Notes: generated by a model not told the origin, from the sequence alone. Positions 8,891 to 18,560 are shown, counted from the first letter of the stretch. The stretch: DNA of 64,000 bases from Candidatus Nanohaloarchaea archaeon (GCA_014297435.1 JACOQA010000003.1:32001-96000), one strand, 5' to 3'. Made by a program: numbers and translations.

Positions 8891-8896
8891 TTTTAA
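8891..8896 (+). promoter_or_regulatory. TATA box of the SRP RNA gene
   Basis: TTTTAA about 25 nt upstream of the predicted 5' end. Confidence 0.55.
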
Positions 8897-8916
8897 CTTT
8901 CCCACCCCCAATCTCG

Positions 8917-9185
8917 GGTATGGCAGGCCGGGCGGCTTGGGGTCGCCTCTGTCCGGAAATCCTCGTGATGCCGGAGCCGTCAACCAGGGAGCGGCGTCTC
9001 CTCTGAGGTTTCCAGCCCTCTTCGGTTCGCTGAGGGTCCGTCCTCCGGGATACTCTTGGTCGTGAACCGGGTCAGGCCTTGACGGGAGCAGCCCTAAGCG
9101 GTCAGGCGTATGTTCGGAGGGTGGCGGACCTGAGACCTGAGGAGGTTTACTGGGTCTCGAGGAACGTCCATCCCCGGGAGCCACC
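8917..9185 (+). ncRNA. ffs: Archaeal signal recognition particle (7S) RNA; ends approximate
   Basis: GC-rich island; helix 8 GGGTCAGGCCT-TGAC-GGGAGCAGCCC (9069-9094); Alu-like 5' domain GGGCGGC..GTCGCCT-CTGT-CCGG..CCGG; terminal GGT(A)TGGC/GCCACC pairing. Confidence 0.88.
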
Positions 9186-9653
9186 AGTTTTCCACAACTT
9201 TTCTACAAGGAGAGCTGAAACCGTTCCAATCAAAGCCCCAACCAGTACATCGGACGGATAGTGGAGCCCCAGATATACTCTTGAGAACCCGACTAGTCCG
9301 GCGACCAGAAACAGATAGTGTGTCTTGAAGCGTGTGTAGAGTATTGTTGCTAGTACGAATGCTGTTGCTGTATGTCCGGATGGAAATGAGTGCTGAGTAA
9401 AAGCAGTTCCAAGCGATTCTACTGTGGGCCTAGGTCTAGCAAAACCGAACTTGAGCCCATAAACAATTAGTCCTGTAAGAGAGAATCCTAGTAGTGTTTT
9501 GTTAGCTAGCTTCTTTTCCCGAGTGTAGAGGAAGCCTATTAGAACTGCTGCAAACGCTGTGCTTCCTAATGCTGTTAGACCCTGGAAGAACTCGTTGACT
9601 ATCGGCGTTCTTAGCGAGAGTATAAGTTCCATTACCTGTTTTTCGAGAGCCAT
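9147..9653 (-). CDS. PAP2 family (polyprenyl-pyrophosphate) phosphatase
   Basis: K....R.RP, SFPSGH, SRVYLGLHYPSDV motifs; multiple TM helices. Confidence 0.92.
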   Translation of the reverse strand: MALEKQVMELILSLRTPIVNEFFQGLTALGSTAFAAVLIGFLYTREKKLANKTLLGFSLTGLIVYGLKFGFARPRPTVESLGTAFTQHSFPSGHTATAFVLATILYTRFKTHYLFLVAGLVGFSRVYLGLHYPSDVLVGALIGTVSALLVEKLWKTGGSRGWTFLETQ

Positions 9654-9797
9654 ACTGCTGTCTTTTCTGTGCTAGGACTATAGTTTTTACGGAAAACCGT
9701 ATTACAATAGCCCATAAATAGCATTTTGAACCGATATCTGTATTACAAACGGTCATCTGCAGATGATTTTACAACATTTGGCATCCAAGACTTCGGT

Positions 9798-10445
9798 GTG
9801 ATACACGTCTACGGCACCTCCCACGTTTCCAACGAAAGCCTCGACCTGATTGAGGAGAAGATCGATGAGCACGACCCCGAGATTGTCGCGCTTGAACTCG
9901 ACTTTGCACGTTTAAACGCTTTGCTAAGCGACCAGGATCATTCTTCAAACGGCGGCCCGGCATTCATCAGAATGATCAAAGCCTTCCAGGACTTTGCTGG
10001 AGGTAAGACAGGTGTTATGCCCGGGGAAGAAATGCTTCACGCATACAATAAATCGATGGAAGAAAGCAGGGAAGTCGCACTGATAGACCAGGAGATACAG
10101 GCAACCGTAGGCAAACTCAAATCTATTAAGTTGAGAGAAAAAGTAAAGGCGTTCGCACAACTAGTTGTAGGCTTTATCGGTTCCGGAGGCTTCGACTTCA
10201 ACGATATACCGGAAGAGGAATTGATCGACCAGCTCTTGTTTGAGATGAAGTTCAAGTTCCCTGACATGTACCGTGTTTTAGTTGAGGAGAGAAACGAGCA
10301 CATGAGAAGAGCTTTACTTAAGCTTCAAGAAAACAATCCTGACTCCGATATCGTGGCCTTTGTAGGTGCAGCACACAGGAAAGAACTCGAGAAACAGTTG
10401 AACGGAAAAGAGGTTAAGACTTCTCAGCAAACTCTCGAATTATGA
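9798..10445 (+). CDS. TraB/GumN family protein (GTG start at 9798 likely)
   Basis: GTSHVS..S, VALELD..R, PGEEM, LVEERN..M, VGAAH. Confidence 0.88.
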   Translation: MIHVYGTSHVSNESLDLIEEKIDEHDPEIVALELDFARLNALLSDQDHSSNGGPAFIRMIKAFQDFAGGKTGVMPGEEMLHAYNKSMEESREVALIDQEIQATVGKLKSIKLREKVKAFAQLVVGFIGSGGFDFNDIPEEELIDQLLFEMKFKFPDMYRVLVEERNEHMRRALLKLQENNPDSDIVAFVGAAHRKELEKQLNGKEVKTSQQTLEL

Positions 10446-11155
10446 AGTCGATAGTTAAAATCTCGTGGGGTTCTGGAAAACCGGTTCTAAAGCTAGCAAC
10501 TGAAAACGGCTTCGAGTACCTTGAGCTGGAGAAAGGGAAGAAGCTTGAATACGAACTTACAACGGATAGAAGGTGTACCGGCCATTTTGAGTCCCGGGGA
10601 AACCATGTTGCTTGCCCGGATTTTAAGCAGATTGATAGCGGCGACCAGTGCCAGGAGTGTAGAAGAAAGGATATCTACACCGACTGGCGTGAAGGAAACT
10701 CAACACCTTACGATGCGGATTACTCTGTTTATCTCGTGCAGTCGAGCAATAATGTGAAAGTTGGTGTTACAAAGACTTCAAGACTTCAAGAACGCTGGCT
10801 GGAGCAGGGTGCAGAGTACGCAGCCGAGATAATATCCGAAGTAAGTGGCGATACTGCTTTAGAAAAGGAGAAAGAGATATCAGAGGAAGGCGTTAGTGAA
10901 AGAATAAGCAAGTCTACGAAATCAGGTGAAGCCGATGTTACGCGTTTAAAGTCTACTTTGGAGAAGCTTGGTTTTGATGCCGAGATCCAGAATATTGCGG
11001 AGTCTATAAACTGCGAGCTTAAACGGAAAGGCCGTTTTCCTTCACCTGTCGAAAAAGTTAAGGGTCAGATTATTTCTAACGGGCGTTACGGATTGATACT
11101 AGACTCTGGAAAGGTCTTGAAGAAACCAGAGCAGAGAGGACTAGCTGACTACTAA
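10442..11155 (+). CDS. DUF2797-like Zn-finger protein
   Basis: RRCTG...CP...QCQEC, VYL...VKVGVT...RWLEQGA. Confidence 0.75.
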   Translation: MKSIVKISWGSGKPVLKLATENGFEYLELEKGKKLEYELTTDRRCTGHFESRGNHVACPDFKQIDSGDQCQECRRKDIYTDWREGNSTPYDADYSVYLVQSSNNVKVGVTKTSRLQERWLEQGAEYAAEIISEVSGDTALEKEKEISEEGVSERISKSTKSGEADVTRLKSTLEKLGFDAEIQNIAESINCELKRKGRFPSPVEKVKGQIISNGRYGLILDSGKVLKKPEQRGLADY

Positions 11156-11190
11156 ATGTTTTAAATCGAAAATGCTCTAATCCCGATTTG

Positions 11191-11343
11191 ATGAGTCGTT
11201 TAGTTAATTTATTCGTGATTTCAAGCCTGTTGCTTGTTCCATTTATCGGTTTTATCGAGTTAATGATCGGAAACTACTACTTTGCTTCTTCGGCGTTTAT
11301 CTCGTCTATCATGGTTCTGTGGATTTTCTGGGACTTCGGGTAA
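11191..11343 (+). CDS. Small two-TM membrane protein (50 aa, MSRLVNLFVISS...)
   Basis: Hand-translated ORF filling the gap; TTTTAAA about 30 nt upstream. Confidence 0.55.
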   Translation: MSRLVNLFVISSLLLVPFIGFIELMIGNYYFASSAFISSIMVLWIFWDFG

Positions 11344-11377
11344 CGATCTTTAAACAGTACGATAACAAGTATTAGGT

Positions 11378-11857
11378 ATGACTGATTTCGAGCGAGCGCT
11401 CGTAAACTCTTTCAACGACTTTTTCGAGGAAGAAAGTTTGGAAGGTATCGCGCATAGAAAGAAGCAGCACCGTTTCTCATCCCAGTTATGCGATGTATTG
11501 GTTGACTCGCCTCATGAAATGTTTTACCTAGCGATAGAGAACAAATCAGTCAAGACTTCAAGCACGAACAAGCTCTACTTCTCTCAGCATTTTTCGGTTA
11601 GTGATGACGGTCATCAGGTTGAGAGGATAAGTGATTTTGTTGATCGATCCGGTAGAACAGGTTTTCTTGCTGTTGAACTGAAGAGAGGGAGAGGTAAGTC
11701 CCGGAAAGCCTACATGGTTCCATGGGAGGCAGTGAGAGAAGCCTACACTAATGATGAGACCGGACTTCATATCGATGAGATCAAGCAGTACCCGGAGATC
11801 TTCCGTTCGAGCGAGTCCTATTCTATTGCGGAGATCTGCCAGGAGATGAAGATATAG
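11378..11857 (+). CDS. PD-(D/E)XK nuclease, RecU/Hjc-like Holliday junction resolvase
   Basis: CDVLVD...LAIENKS, HQVERI..F...SGR.GFLAVE. Confidence 0.75.
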   Translation: MTDFERALVNSFNDFFEEESLEGIAHRKKQHRFSSQLCDVLVDSPHEMFYLAIENKSVKTSSTNKLYFSQHFSVSDDGHQVERISDFVDRSGRTGFLAVELKRGRGKSRKAYMVPWEAVREAYTNDETGLHIDEIKQYPEIFRSSESYSIAEICQEMKI

Positions 11858-11895
11858 GCAGAGACTTTATAGGTCTCAGAAACTGAAATTTCTGT

Positions 11896-12501
11896 GTGCC
11901 GAACCGTTTCAAACCCTCGATCGAAGAAGTAAACGCATTTGTTGCTGCGACTGTTGCAATTACGGCAGCCTTTACAGCTTTCAAAGGCAACATCACTGTC
12001 AGATCTGTAGTTTTTTACGGCGCTGTCTCCGGACTAATACTTTTGTCGAGGGAGATAGGTCAGAGAACTATCGCCCAGTGGATGGAAGCTGACGTAGAAC
12101 TCAAGCTTTCTCCTGAAGGAACCGTTCTAACCCTTTTAGGAGCAGGAATGAGCTTTTTGAGTTCTATACCCGTGATAATGCTTTTCCCTATAACTTCAAA
12201 CTTTTCGATCACAAGCTACGAACACTGGGGCAAAGGTGTTGATGCGATGTGGATAAAGAGAGAACAGTGGTTTGTCAACGCAGGGTTGGTTGCTTTAAGC
12301 ATTCTGTGGCTTGGATTTTACTCTCTAGGAATTAGTAATGGTGCTGAAGCGGTTTCATTCTTCGCATTATTCCAATTACTGCCTTTCGACTACTCCGGTA
12401 TACCTACAGGGAGGCTGGATGGCGCAGTAATTCTGAAGCATAACGGTTTTAGGTGGATTCTCTGGTTTGCCTTAGCCTGGATCTCAGTAGTTCCACTTTA
12501 G
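11896..12501 (+). CDS. Membrane protein, M50 (site-2 protease)-like with degenerate Zn motif
   Basis: SREIGQR in place of HExxH; FQLLP...LDG in place of NLLP...LDG. Confidence 0.6.
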   Translation: MPNRFKPSIEEVNAFVAATVAITAAFTAFKGNITVRSVVFYGAVSGLILLSREIGQRTIAQWMEADVELKLSPEGTVLTLLGAGMSFLSSIPVIMLFPITSNFSITSYEHWGKGVDAMWIKREQWFVNAGLVALSILWLGFYSLGISNGAEAVSFFALFQLLPFDYSGIPTGRLDGAVILKHNGFRWILWFALAWISVVPL

Positions 12502-12535
12502 TACATATTTAAATTAGAGAACAATAACAAATTCT

Positions 12536-12958
12536 GTGAAAAAGGGAATATCTCCAATAATTTCAGCAGTAGTTCTAATCGCCTTTTTAATGACTGTAGC
12601 AGGTTTAGCTGGACCTTACTTTACAGATGTCTTCGAAAATACTTCAGACGAAGCAACTAATCAGCAAGAAGACCTTGTCGAATCTTCAAAGGGTGAACTA
12701 GAGATTAAGGAGATGAGTTACGACTCTGGAAAAGGGTCCTACATGGTTGAGATCAAGAACACAGGAACTACAAACATCAAGAATCTTACTATAACAATTA
12801 CTGGAGATAAACCGGTTCAGAAGAGAGCAAGCAGTAGCTTGGCTCCCGGAGAGATAAGACAGATAAGTGTATCATCCACCTCAAGAGAAGGCGAGCTACA
12901 GATAACGAGTGCAGACGCAAACATGGATATATACAGAGATTTGAACCAGACAAGTTAA
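12536..12958 (+). CDS. Archaeal type IV pilin (class III signal peptide)
   Basis: MKKG|ISPIISAVVLIAFLMTVAG. Confidence 0.9.
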   Translation: MKKGISPIISAVVLIAFLMTVAGLAGPYFTDVFENTSDEATNQQEDLVESSKGELEIKEMSYDSGKGSYMVEIKNTGTTNIKNLTITITGDKPVQKRASSSLAPGEIRQISVSSTSREGELQITSADANMDIYRDLNQTS

Positions 12959-13174
12959 GAAGAAACAAGTGATAGAACTTGAGACCTGGAAGAAACTAAT
13001 AATCTAAGTTAAAAGCCAAATGCTTAGCCTAATTAGAATGAGAGAAACTCTAATCCTCGGGTTGTGCACGTTTCAATTTTGAAATAAAAGATGATAATCG
13101 GAGACCATGAGCCAAGTCTCTGATTTTAGTAGGTCAGGAGTGACTTTATATTCAGGCGCACTTCTAACAAGAAT

Positions 13175-14437
13175 ATGCCGAAGATCAGTGTTGGAAGAGA
13201 TCAAGAGGATAGAGACGAGCACGGTCTGAAAGGAACCGGCATAATTGGTAAACACCTGGTAGGCGAGAACGAGGAAGCTCACAAAGCTAACCCGATCTAC
13301 TTCGATCTCGCAAGACCTCACGTCATGGGAATCTTCGGTAAAAGAGGTACAGGCAAATCATACTCGATGGGCACCATAGCTGAGGAGATACAGTCCTCTG
13401 ATGTAGCAGATAATCTTTCTACCGTTATAATCGATTCTATGGGCATCTACTGGTCGATGAAACACCCTAACAACCGTTCAATTTCTATTCTTGAGGACTG
13501 GGATATTGAACCCAAAGGCTACGACGCAAACGTATACATTCCGGAAGGGAAGACTAGGGAGTTCGAGAAGAAGGAGATGCCTTACGACGGCACCTTTACA
13601 CTGAACCCCGGAGAGTTTACAGCCCAAGAATGGGCGATGGCGTTCGACTTCGATCTAAGTTCCCAACAAGGTATTCTGCTCGAAAGAGTTATCTCCAAAC
13701 TAAAGGAGAAGAGAGGTTCGGATTACACTCTAGAAGATATTGTACAGGCCGCAAAAAAGTTCGACTTCCCGAAAGAGATCGAAGAAGGATTGGTAAACAG
13801 GTTCAGAGCTGCGGAGGATTGGGGAGTGTTCGGCGAAGAGTCAACTATTGAAAAGTTCACCGAAAGAGCTGAGATGTCAATAGTTGACGTATCAGTCTTC
13901 GGAGAGCTCTCCTCAGGATGGTCGGTAAGATCTCTTATTGTCGGTTTAATGGCGAAAAGAATACTTAAGAAGCGGATGACGGCGAGAAGGATAGAGGAGA
14001 TAGAAGAAATGGACAACATCTCCCAGAACGAGATGCCTATCACTTGGATGTTTATAGACGAAGCACACGAGTTCCTGCCAGCAAAGGGAAAAACTCCTGC
14101 AACAGACCCACTACTGAAATGGGTAAAGATCGGTAGAGAACCAGGGGTTTCCCTGGTTTTAGCCACCCAGCAACCTGCAAAACTTCATCCTAACGCGCTT
14201 TCACAGTGCGATATAATTCTCTCCCACCGTTTGACTGCTAAACAGGATATTAATGCTTTAGGAGAGATCATGCAGACGTACATGCGTCACGATATCGGAC
14301 ATTATATCGATGCTTTGCCCGATCAGCCAGGAACCGGTTTAATACTGGATGACAACTCAGAAAGAATTTACCCGATCCAGATGAGACCTAGAAAGTCGTG
14401 GCACGCTGGAGGAACACCTGACGCATTCGAGGACTGA
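13175..14437 (+). CDS. HerA/FtsK/VirB4-like ATPase (DUF87), no HAS barrel
   Basis: Walker A GKRGTGKS, Walker B MFIDEAHEF, GREPG..LVLATQQP. Confidence 0.9.
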   Translation: MPKISVGRDQEDRDEHGLKGTGIIGKHLVGENEEAHKANPIYFDLARPHVMGIFGKRGTGKSYSMGTIAEEIQSSDVADNLSTVIIDSMGIYWSMKHPNNRSISILEDWDIEPKGYDANVYIPEGKTREFEKKEMPYDGTFTLNPGEFTAQEWAMAFDFDLSSQQGILLERVISKLKEKRGSDYTLEDIVQAAKKFDFPKEIEEGLVNRFRAAEDWGVFGEESTIEKFTERAEMSIVDVSVFGELSSGWSVRSLIVGLMAKRILKKRMTARRIEEIEEMDNISQNEMPITWMFIDEAHEFLPAKGKTPATDPLLKWVKIGREPGVSLVLATQQPAKLHPNALSQCDIILSHRLTAKQDINALGEIMQTYMRHDIGHYIDALPDQPGTGLILDDNSERIYPIQMRPRKSWHAGGTPDAFED

Positions 14438-14443
14438 TAAATA

Positions 14444-14953
14444 ATGGTTTTCGACGCTTTAACAGTTCAGGAAGTTCTGAAACGTTTTGTAATGGCTCCA
14501 ACCAACTACGAACTTCTACCTTCGCTACTACCTATTATCGGAGGCGCGCTTGTAATAGAGCTTTACTTCGGCAAACACGAATCAGAGAGTCTAGGTTGGA
14601 ACACATCTGTCGGGAACGCGGTTATTTGGGTTACAACCGGCATCTCACTCTTGATAACTTCGGAGCTTGGTCAGATGGAGAGATATGCGTCTTACTTCCT
14701 TGTAGTAGTCGGATCTCTGGTCGGCTACATGAACTTCTATCATAAATGGTCCGAATCTGTTGCTTTCATAATTTCATCAGCAGGTATAGTTTACTCACTC
14801 GCCTACGTAACCGTAGTACTGGTTAAAACGGATATACCGGTTAACAACACGGTTTTGAAGGCCTCACTAATATTTATCGTTGCGACTAATCTAGGTTTCA
14901 AGATCCTTCAGATGTTTGAAACTCCAGCAAATGACGGCTTCGGCATGAGGTAA
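14444..14953 (+). CDS. Multi-pass membrane protein, unknown function
   Basis: About five hydrophobic helices; 6 bp after the ATPase. Confidence 0.75.
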   Translation: MVFDALTVQEVLKRFVMAPTNYELLPSLLPIIGGALVIELYFGKHESESLGWNTSVGNAVIWVTTGISLLITSELGQMERYASYFLVVVGSLVGYMNFYHKWSESVAFIISSAGIVYSLAYVTVVLVKTDIPVNNTVLKASLIFIVATNLGFKILQMFETPANDGFGMR

Positions 14954-15002
14954 ACCCATCCATCAAAACCGGTTTAACTCTTCCCTACACGATTTAAGCT
15001 AG

Positions 15003-17165
15003 ATGGATCTGCTTGAATCCGACAAGATTGAGTCCCGTACATACCAGGAAGTTATCGCTGCCTCGGCAATAGACCAGAACACGCTTGTTGTTCTACCTAC
15101 AGGACTAGGTAAAACTGTTATAGCTGCTATGGTTGCGGCAGAGAAGCTTGAAACCGGCAAAGTACTTTTCATGGCTCCAACAAAGCCTTTAGCCGAACAA
15201 CATCTCTCAAGCTTCAAAGACTTTATTGACATCGATGAAGATGAAATGGCAGTCATGACAGGCAAAACTAGACCCGATGAACGCTATGATCTGTGGGAGA
15301 ATAAAAGAGCTTTCTTTGCAACTCCACAGGTAGTTGAAAACGATCTAATATCCGGAGAAGTGCCTGTAAAGGATTTCTCGCTCGTTATATTTGACGAGGC
15401 GCATAGAGCTACAGGAGAGTACAGCTATGTATTCATAAATGATAGGATGCGCGTGCATAAGATGGCTTTGACCGCTTCTCCCGGCGGAAGCAAGGAAAAG
15501 ATCATGGAAGTTGCAGAAAACCTTGATATCGAGAACTTCGAGGTAAGAACCGAAGACGACCCGGACGTCGAACCCTACATACAGGAGAGAGAAGTCGAGT
15601 GGCAGAAAGTGAGCCTTGATGATAGATTCAAAGCCGCAAAGAGAAACCTTGAGGAGTCTCAGAGAGACCAGCTTAAAGAACTGAAAAAACTAGGACACAT
15701 AAGTTCGACTTCGAACGTACACAAAGGAGACCTTCTAAAGTTGAGAGGTAAGATCAGCTCGAAGCTTTCCAGTTCTGATGATCCAAAACTGTACAAAGCA
15801 ATTTCACTGGTTGCAACAGCTCTCAAGATTTCACAGGCTTCCGAACTACTCGAGACACAGGGAATTACACAGTGCTACAGGTACATAGATGGACTGGAGA
15901 CGGATGACTCTAAAGCCGCGAAGAGAGCACTAAATAACGACCAGTTCAAGAGAGCGAAGAACCTTGTTAAACATTTGAAGAAGAAAGGAGAAGAACACCC
16001 CAAGTTAGACAAACTGAGAGAGATTTTATCTGATATGAACGATGATGAGAAAGCTCTTGTCTTCACCGAGTACCGGGACTCGACCGAGATGATCACTGAG
16101 GAGCTGGAGACTGAGGGACTAGATACAACCACGTTTATTGGTCAGCAAGGAGAGAAAGGAATGAGCCAGACACAGCAGAAGGAAGTGCTGGAAGACTTTA
16201 GAGACGATGAATATGATGTTGTGGTTTCGACAAGTATCGGAGAAGAAGGTCTCGATATTCCGAGCGTCGACTACGTAATTTTTTACGAACCTGTGGCTTC
16301 CGGTATTAGAGACATCCAACGTTCTGGACGTACAGGAAGGCAGGAATCCGGAAAGGTCTATGTTTTGATGGCGGAGAACACTAGAGATGAAGGTCATTAC
16401 TGGAGCGCCCACCACAAGAAAAACAACATGAACAGCGTCCTTCAGGAGTTAAAAGAGGAGGAACTGGAGACAGAAGATCACAAGACCCTTGACAGCTTCG
16501 AGGGAGAAGAAGAGAACCAAGAAAAAGAGGATAATAAGATAGAGATTGTTGCGGACGACCGGGAGAACAAGATACTCAAGAAGCTTGCCAAACTGGATAT
16601 TGAAGTCAATCAGGAACGTCTAGATGTAGCAGACTTTCTTGTATCAGACAGAACCGCGGTCGAGAGGAAACAAACCGAAGACTTTGTTGACTCGCTTGTA
16701 GACCAGAGGCTTTTCTCCCAACTTCCCGAACTTCAGCAGTTCGAGAAACCGGTACTACTAATAGAAGGAGAAGAGCTTTACTCCCACAGAAAGATTCATC
16801 CGAACGCCATCAGAGGTGCTTTAGCCTCTATAGCTGTAGATCATGGTATTCCGGTTCTTTGGGCGGATGACCAGGAAGAGACATCCGAAATGTTGAAGGC
16901 GTTGGCTAAAAGAGAACAGGAGGATCAGGACAGAGATGTAGCAGTTAGAGGCTCGAAATCAGGGACTACGGAGAGACAGCATCAGGAATTTGTCGTAGCC
17001 GGACTTCCTTCGGTAAACACGAAGCTTGCGAAAAGATTGCTTGAAGAGTTCGGTTCGATCCAGAAAGTATTTTCGGCTTCGGAAGATGAGTTGAAAGAGG
17101 TGGAGGGTATTGGCGAGAAAAAAGCCTCATCGATCCGTAGTTTGGTGGAGAAAGAGTATGAGTAA
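15003..17165 (+). CDS. hef: Hef helicase-nuclease (SF2 helicase + ERCC4/XPF nuclease + HhH)
   Basis: LPTGLGKT, DEAHRA, QRSGRTGR, AVERK..DF..S, C-terminal HhH VEGIGEKKA. Confidence 0.95.
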   Translation: MDLLESDKIESRTYQEVIAASAIDQNTLVVLPTGLGKTVIAAMVAAEKLETGKVLFMAPTKPLAEQHLSSFKDFIDIDEDEMAVMTGKTRPDERYDLWENKRAFFATPQVVENDLISGEVPVKDFSLVIFDEAHRATGEYSYVFINDRMRVHKMALTASPGGSKEKIMEVAENLDIENFEVRTEDDPDVEPYIQEREVEWQKVSLDDRFKAAKRNLEESQRDQLKELKKLGHISSTSNVHKGDLLKLRGKISSKLSSSDDPKLYKAISLVATALKISQASELLETQGITQCYRYIDGLETDDSKAAKRALNNDQFKRAKNLVKHLKKKGEEHPKLDKLREILSDMNDDEKALVFTEYRDSTEMITEELETEGLDTTTFIGQQGEKGMSQTQQKEVLEDFRDDEYDVVVSTSIGEEGLDIPSVDYVIFYEPVASGIRDIQRSGRTGRQESGKVYVLMAENTRDEGHYWSAHHKKNNMNSVLQELKEEELETEDHKTLDSFEGEEENQEKEDNKIEIVADDRENKILKKLAKLDIEVNQERLDVADFLVSDRTAVERKQTEDFVDSLVDQRLFSQLPELQQFEKPVLLIEGEELYSHRKIHPNAIRGALASIAVDHGIPVLWADDQEETSEMLKALAKREQEDQDRDVAVRGSKSGTTERQHQEFVVAGLPSVNTKLAKRLLEEFGSIQKVFSASEDELKEVEGIGEKKASSIRSLVEKEYE

Positions 17166-17595
17166 AAGACCTCTAATAGTAGGTATAGATCCCGGTAATA
17201 CTTCTGCAGTTGCAGCCTTGGATCTTGAAGGTGAGCTAGTTTTCCTCGAAAGCAGACTGGAGTTTTCAAGGTCAGAGATTATTCAGAAAATTATAGAAGT
17301 GGGACATCCTGTAGTTGTGAGCTGCGATAAAGCTGATATGCCTTCTAACGTCGAGAAAATAGCTTCCTCGCTTGGGGCGAACAGGTTCGAACCTGAGGAA
17401 GATCTTCCAAAACAGAGGAAAGAAGAGCTTGGTAGAGGCGATAATTCTCATGAGAAGGATGCTCATGCCTCTGCTTTGCATGCATATAAGTCTTTGAGAA
17501 AGCAGTTCCGGAAGATTAACAAGCGATCCAGAGAAAATGATCTTAGAAAGTGGGATGTGGCGAAGGATTACTTCTCTCAAAGAGGAGATGTTTGA
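17158..17595 (+). CDS. DUF460-like RNase H-fold protein
   Basis: IVGIDPGNTSAVAALDL, HEKDAHASA; start MSKRPL overlaps the hef end. Confidence 0.8.
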   Translation: MSKRPLIVGIDPGNTSAVAALDLEGELVFLESRLEFSRSEIIQKIIEVGHPVVVSCDKADMPSNVEKIASSLGANRFEPEEDLPKQRKEELGRGDNSHEKDAHASALHAYKSLRKQFRKINKRSRENDLRKWDVAKDYFSQRGDV

Positions 17596-18079
17596 ACCAG
17601 AGAATGAGAAGCAGAGAAAGCTTCTAGAGACCTCGAAGTTTATAGGTAAGCTTGTTCTGGCCGGAATCATATTTCAAATACTGCTGTTTTTGGGAGTGGA
17701 TCTTGAGCCGTTCCAGGAACTCCTTGCCCATATAACGTCCAGTTTGTTGAGTTTTCTGGGAATTGATTTCACAGTACAGGGCTATCTTTTGGTTGGTGAG
17801 ACCGTTGATTATCTAATAACAAGAGACTGTACGGGCTGGAAGTCCGTAGCCGCTTTTACAGGTCTAATGTTCGCCTCAGAAGGTCACAGAAACTGGAAAT
17901 ATCTGGCATCAGGAGTCTTATTGATACAGCTGGTAAATGTCTTGAGAATAGTGACAACGGTATATCTTAGTTATACTGGTATAATCTCTTTCGACATTAT
18001 CCACTCGATTTTCTGGAGGTGGGGATTGACATTCGTAGTGCTTGTTCTGTGGGGGCTATGGTTGTTTGAAAGCCGTTAA
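17588..18079 (+). CDS. Archaeosortase/exosortase family transpeptidase
   Basis: Catalytic pattern ITRDCTGW, NVLRI, IIHS; multi-TM. Confidence 0.85.
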   Translation: MFEPENEKQRKLLETSKFIGKLVLAGIIFQILLFLGVDLEPFQELLAHITSSLLSFLGIDFTVQGYLLVGETVDYLITRDCTGWKSVAAFTGLMFASEGHRNWKYLASGVLLIQLVNVLRIVTTVYLSYTGIISFDIIHSIFWRWGLTFVVLVLWGLWLFESR

Positions 18080-18122
18080 GGGCTTGGGAAGCTTTAAATA
18101 CAAGTGTTTATAACTGGATTCT

Positions 18123-18560
18123 ATGAGAAGAAAAGGTATTTCTCCTTTGATCGCTGCAGTCCTTCTTATTGCTTTCACAATGGCTGTGGCATCTCTATTT
18201 GCCCAGTGGGCACCTCAGCTGATGAAGAACGTTCAGGGAGACACCAGTGACAGAGCTGGAGACATCCCAGGTTGTTCGACAATCAGCCTTTCACTGTCCA
18301 ACTATAATGAGTCCGCTGTTACAGTACAGCAGGAAAAAGGACAAGAACCAGCTGGCAACGTCTCAGTGACATGGCAGTTTGATGGTCAATCGCCGGCACA
18401 GGAGTACATCCAATTATCGGATGGACCTACTGACATCGAGGTTGCTTACAACAACGCTTCTGGAGAAGTCAACGAAGGTACCGTCACAGAGATCTCGGCT
18501 ACGCCGATCGAATGTGAGGGTGCTGGTAGTTCCACTTGGACAAACCAATCCTCGAGTTAG
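18123..18560 (+). CDS. Archaeal type IV pilin (class III signal peptide)
   Basis: MRRKG|ISPLIAAVLLIAFTMAVA; Cys pair; several NxS/T sequons; TTTAAATA about 25 nt upstream. Confidence 0.92.
   Translation: MRRKGISPLIAAVLLIAFTMAVASLFAQWAPQLMKNVQGDTSDRAGDIPGCSTISLSLSNYNESAVTVQQEKGQEPAGNVSVTWQFDGQSPAQEYIQLSDGPTDIEVAYNNASGEVNEGTVTEISATPIECEGAGSSTWTNQSSS

Noticed and set aside
8917-9185. RNase P RNA as the identity of the GC-rich island
   Set aside because: No GAGGAAAGUCC-type P4 motif seen; the SRP helix-8 motif is present instead
8792-9261. Pro/Gly/Arg-rich ORFs 8792-9184(-) and 9079-9261(+)
   Set aside because: Shadow frames of the GC-rich SRP RNA; composition unlike this acidic proteome
12536-18560. 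Archaellum operon
   Set aside because: Short pilin-sized products; no arlF/G/H/I/J genes nearby
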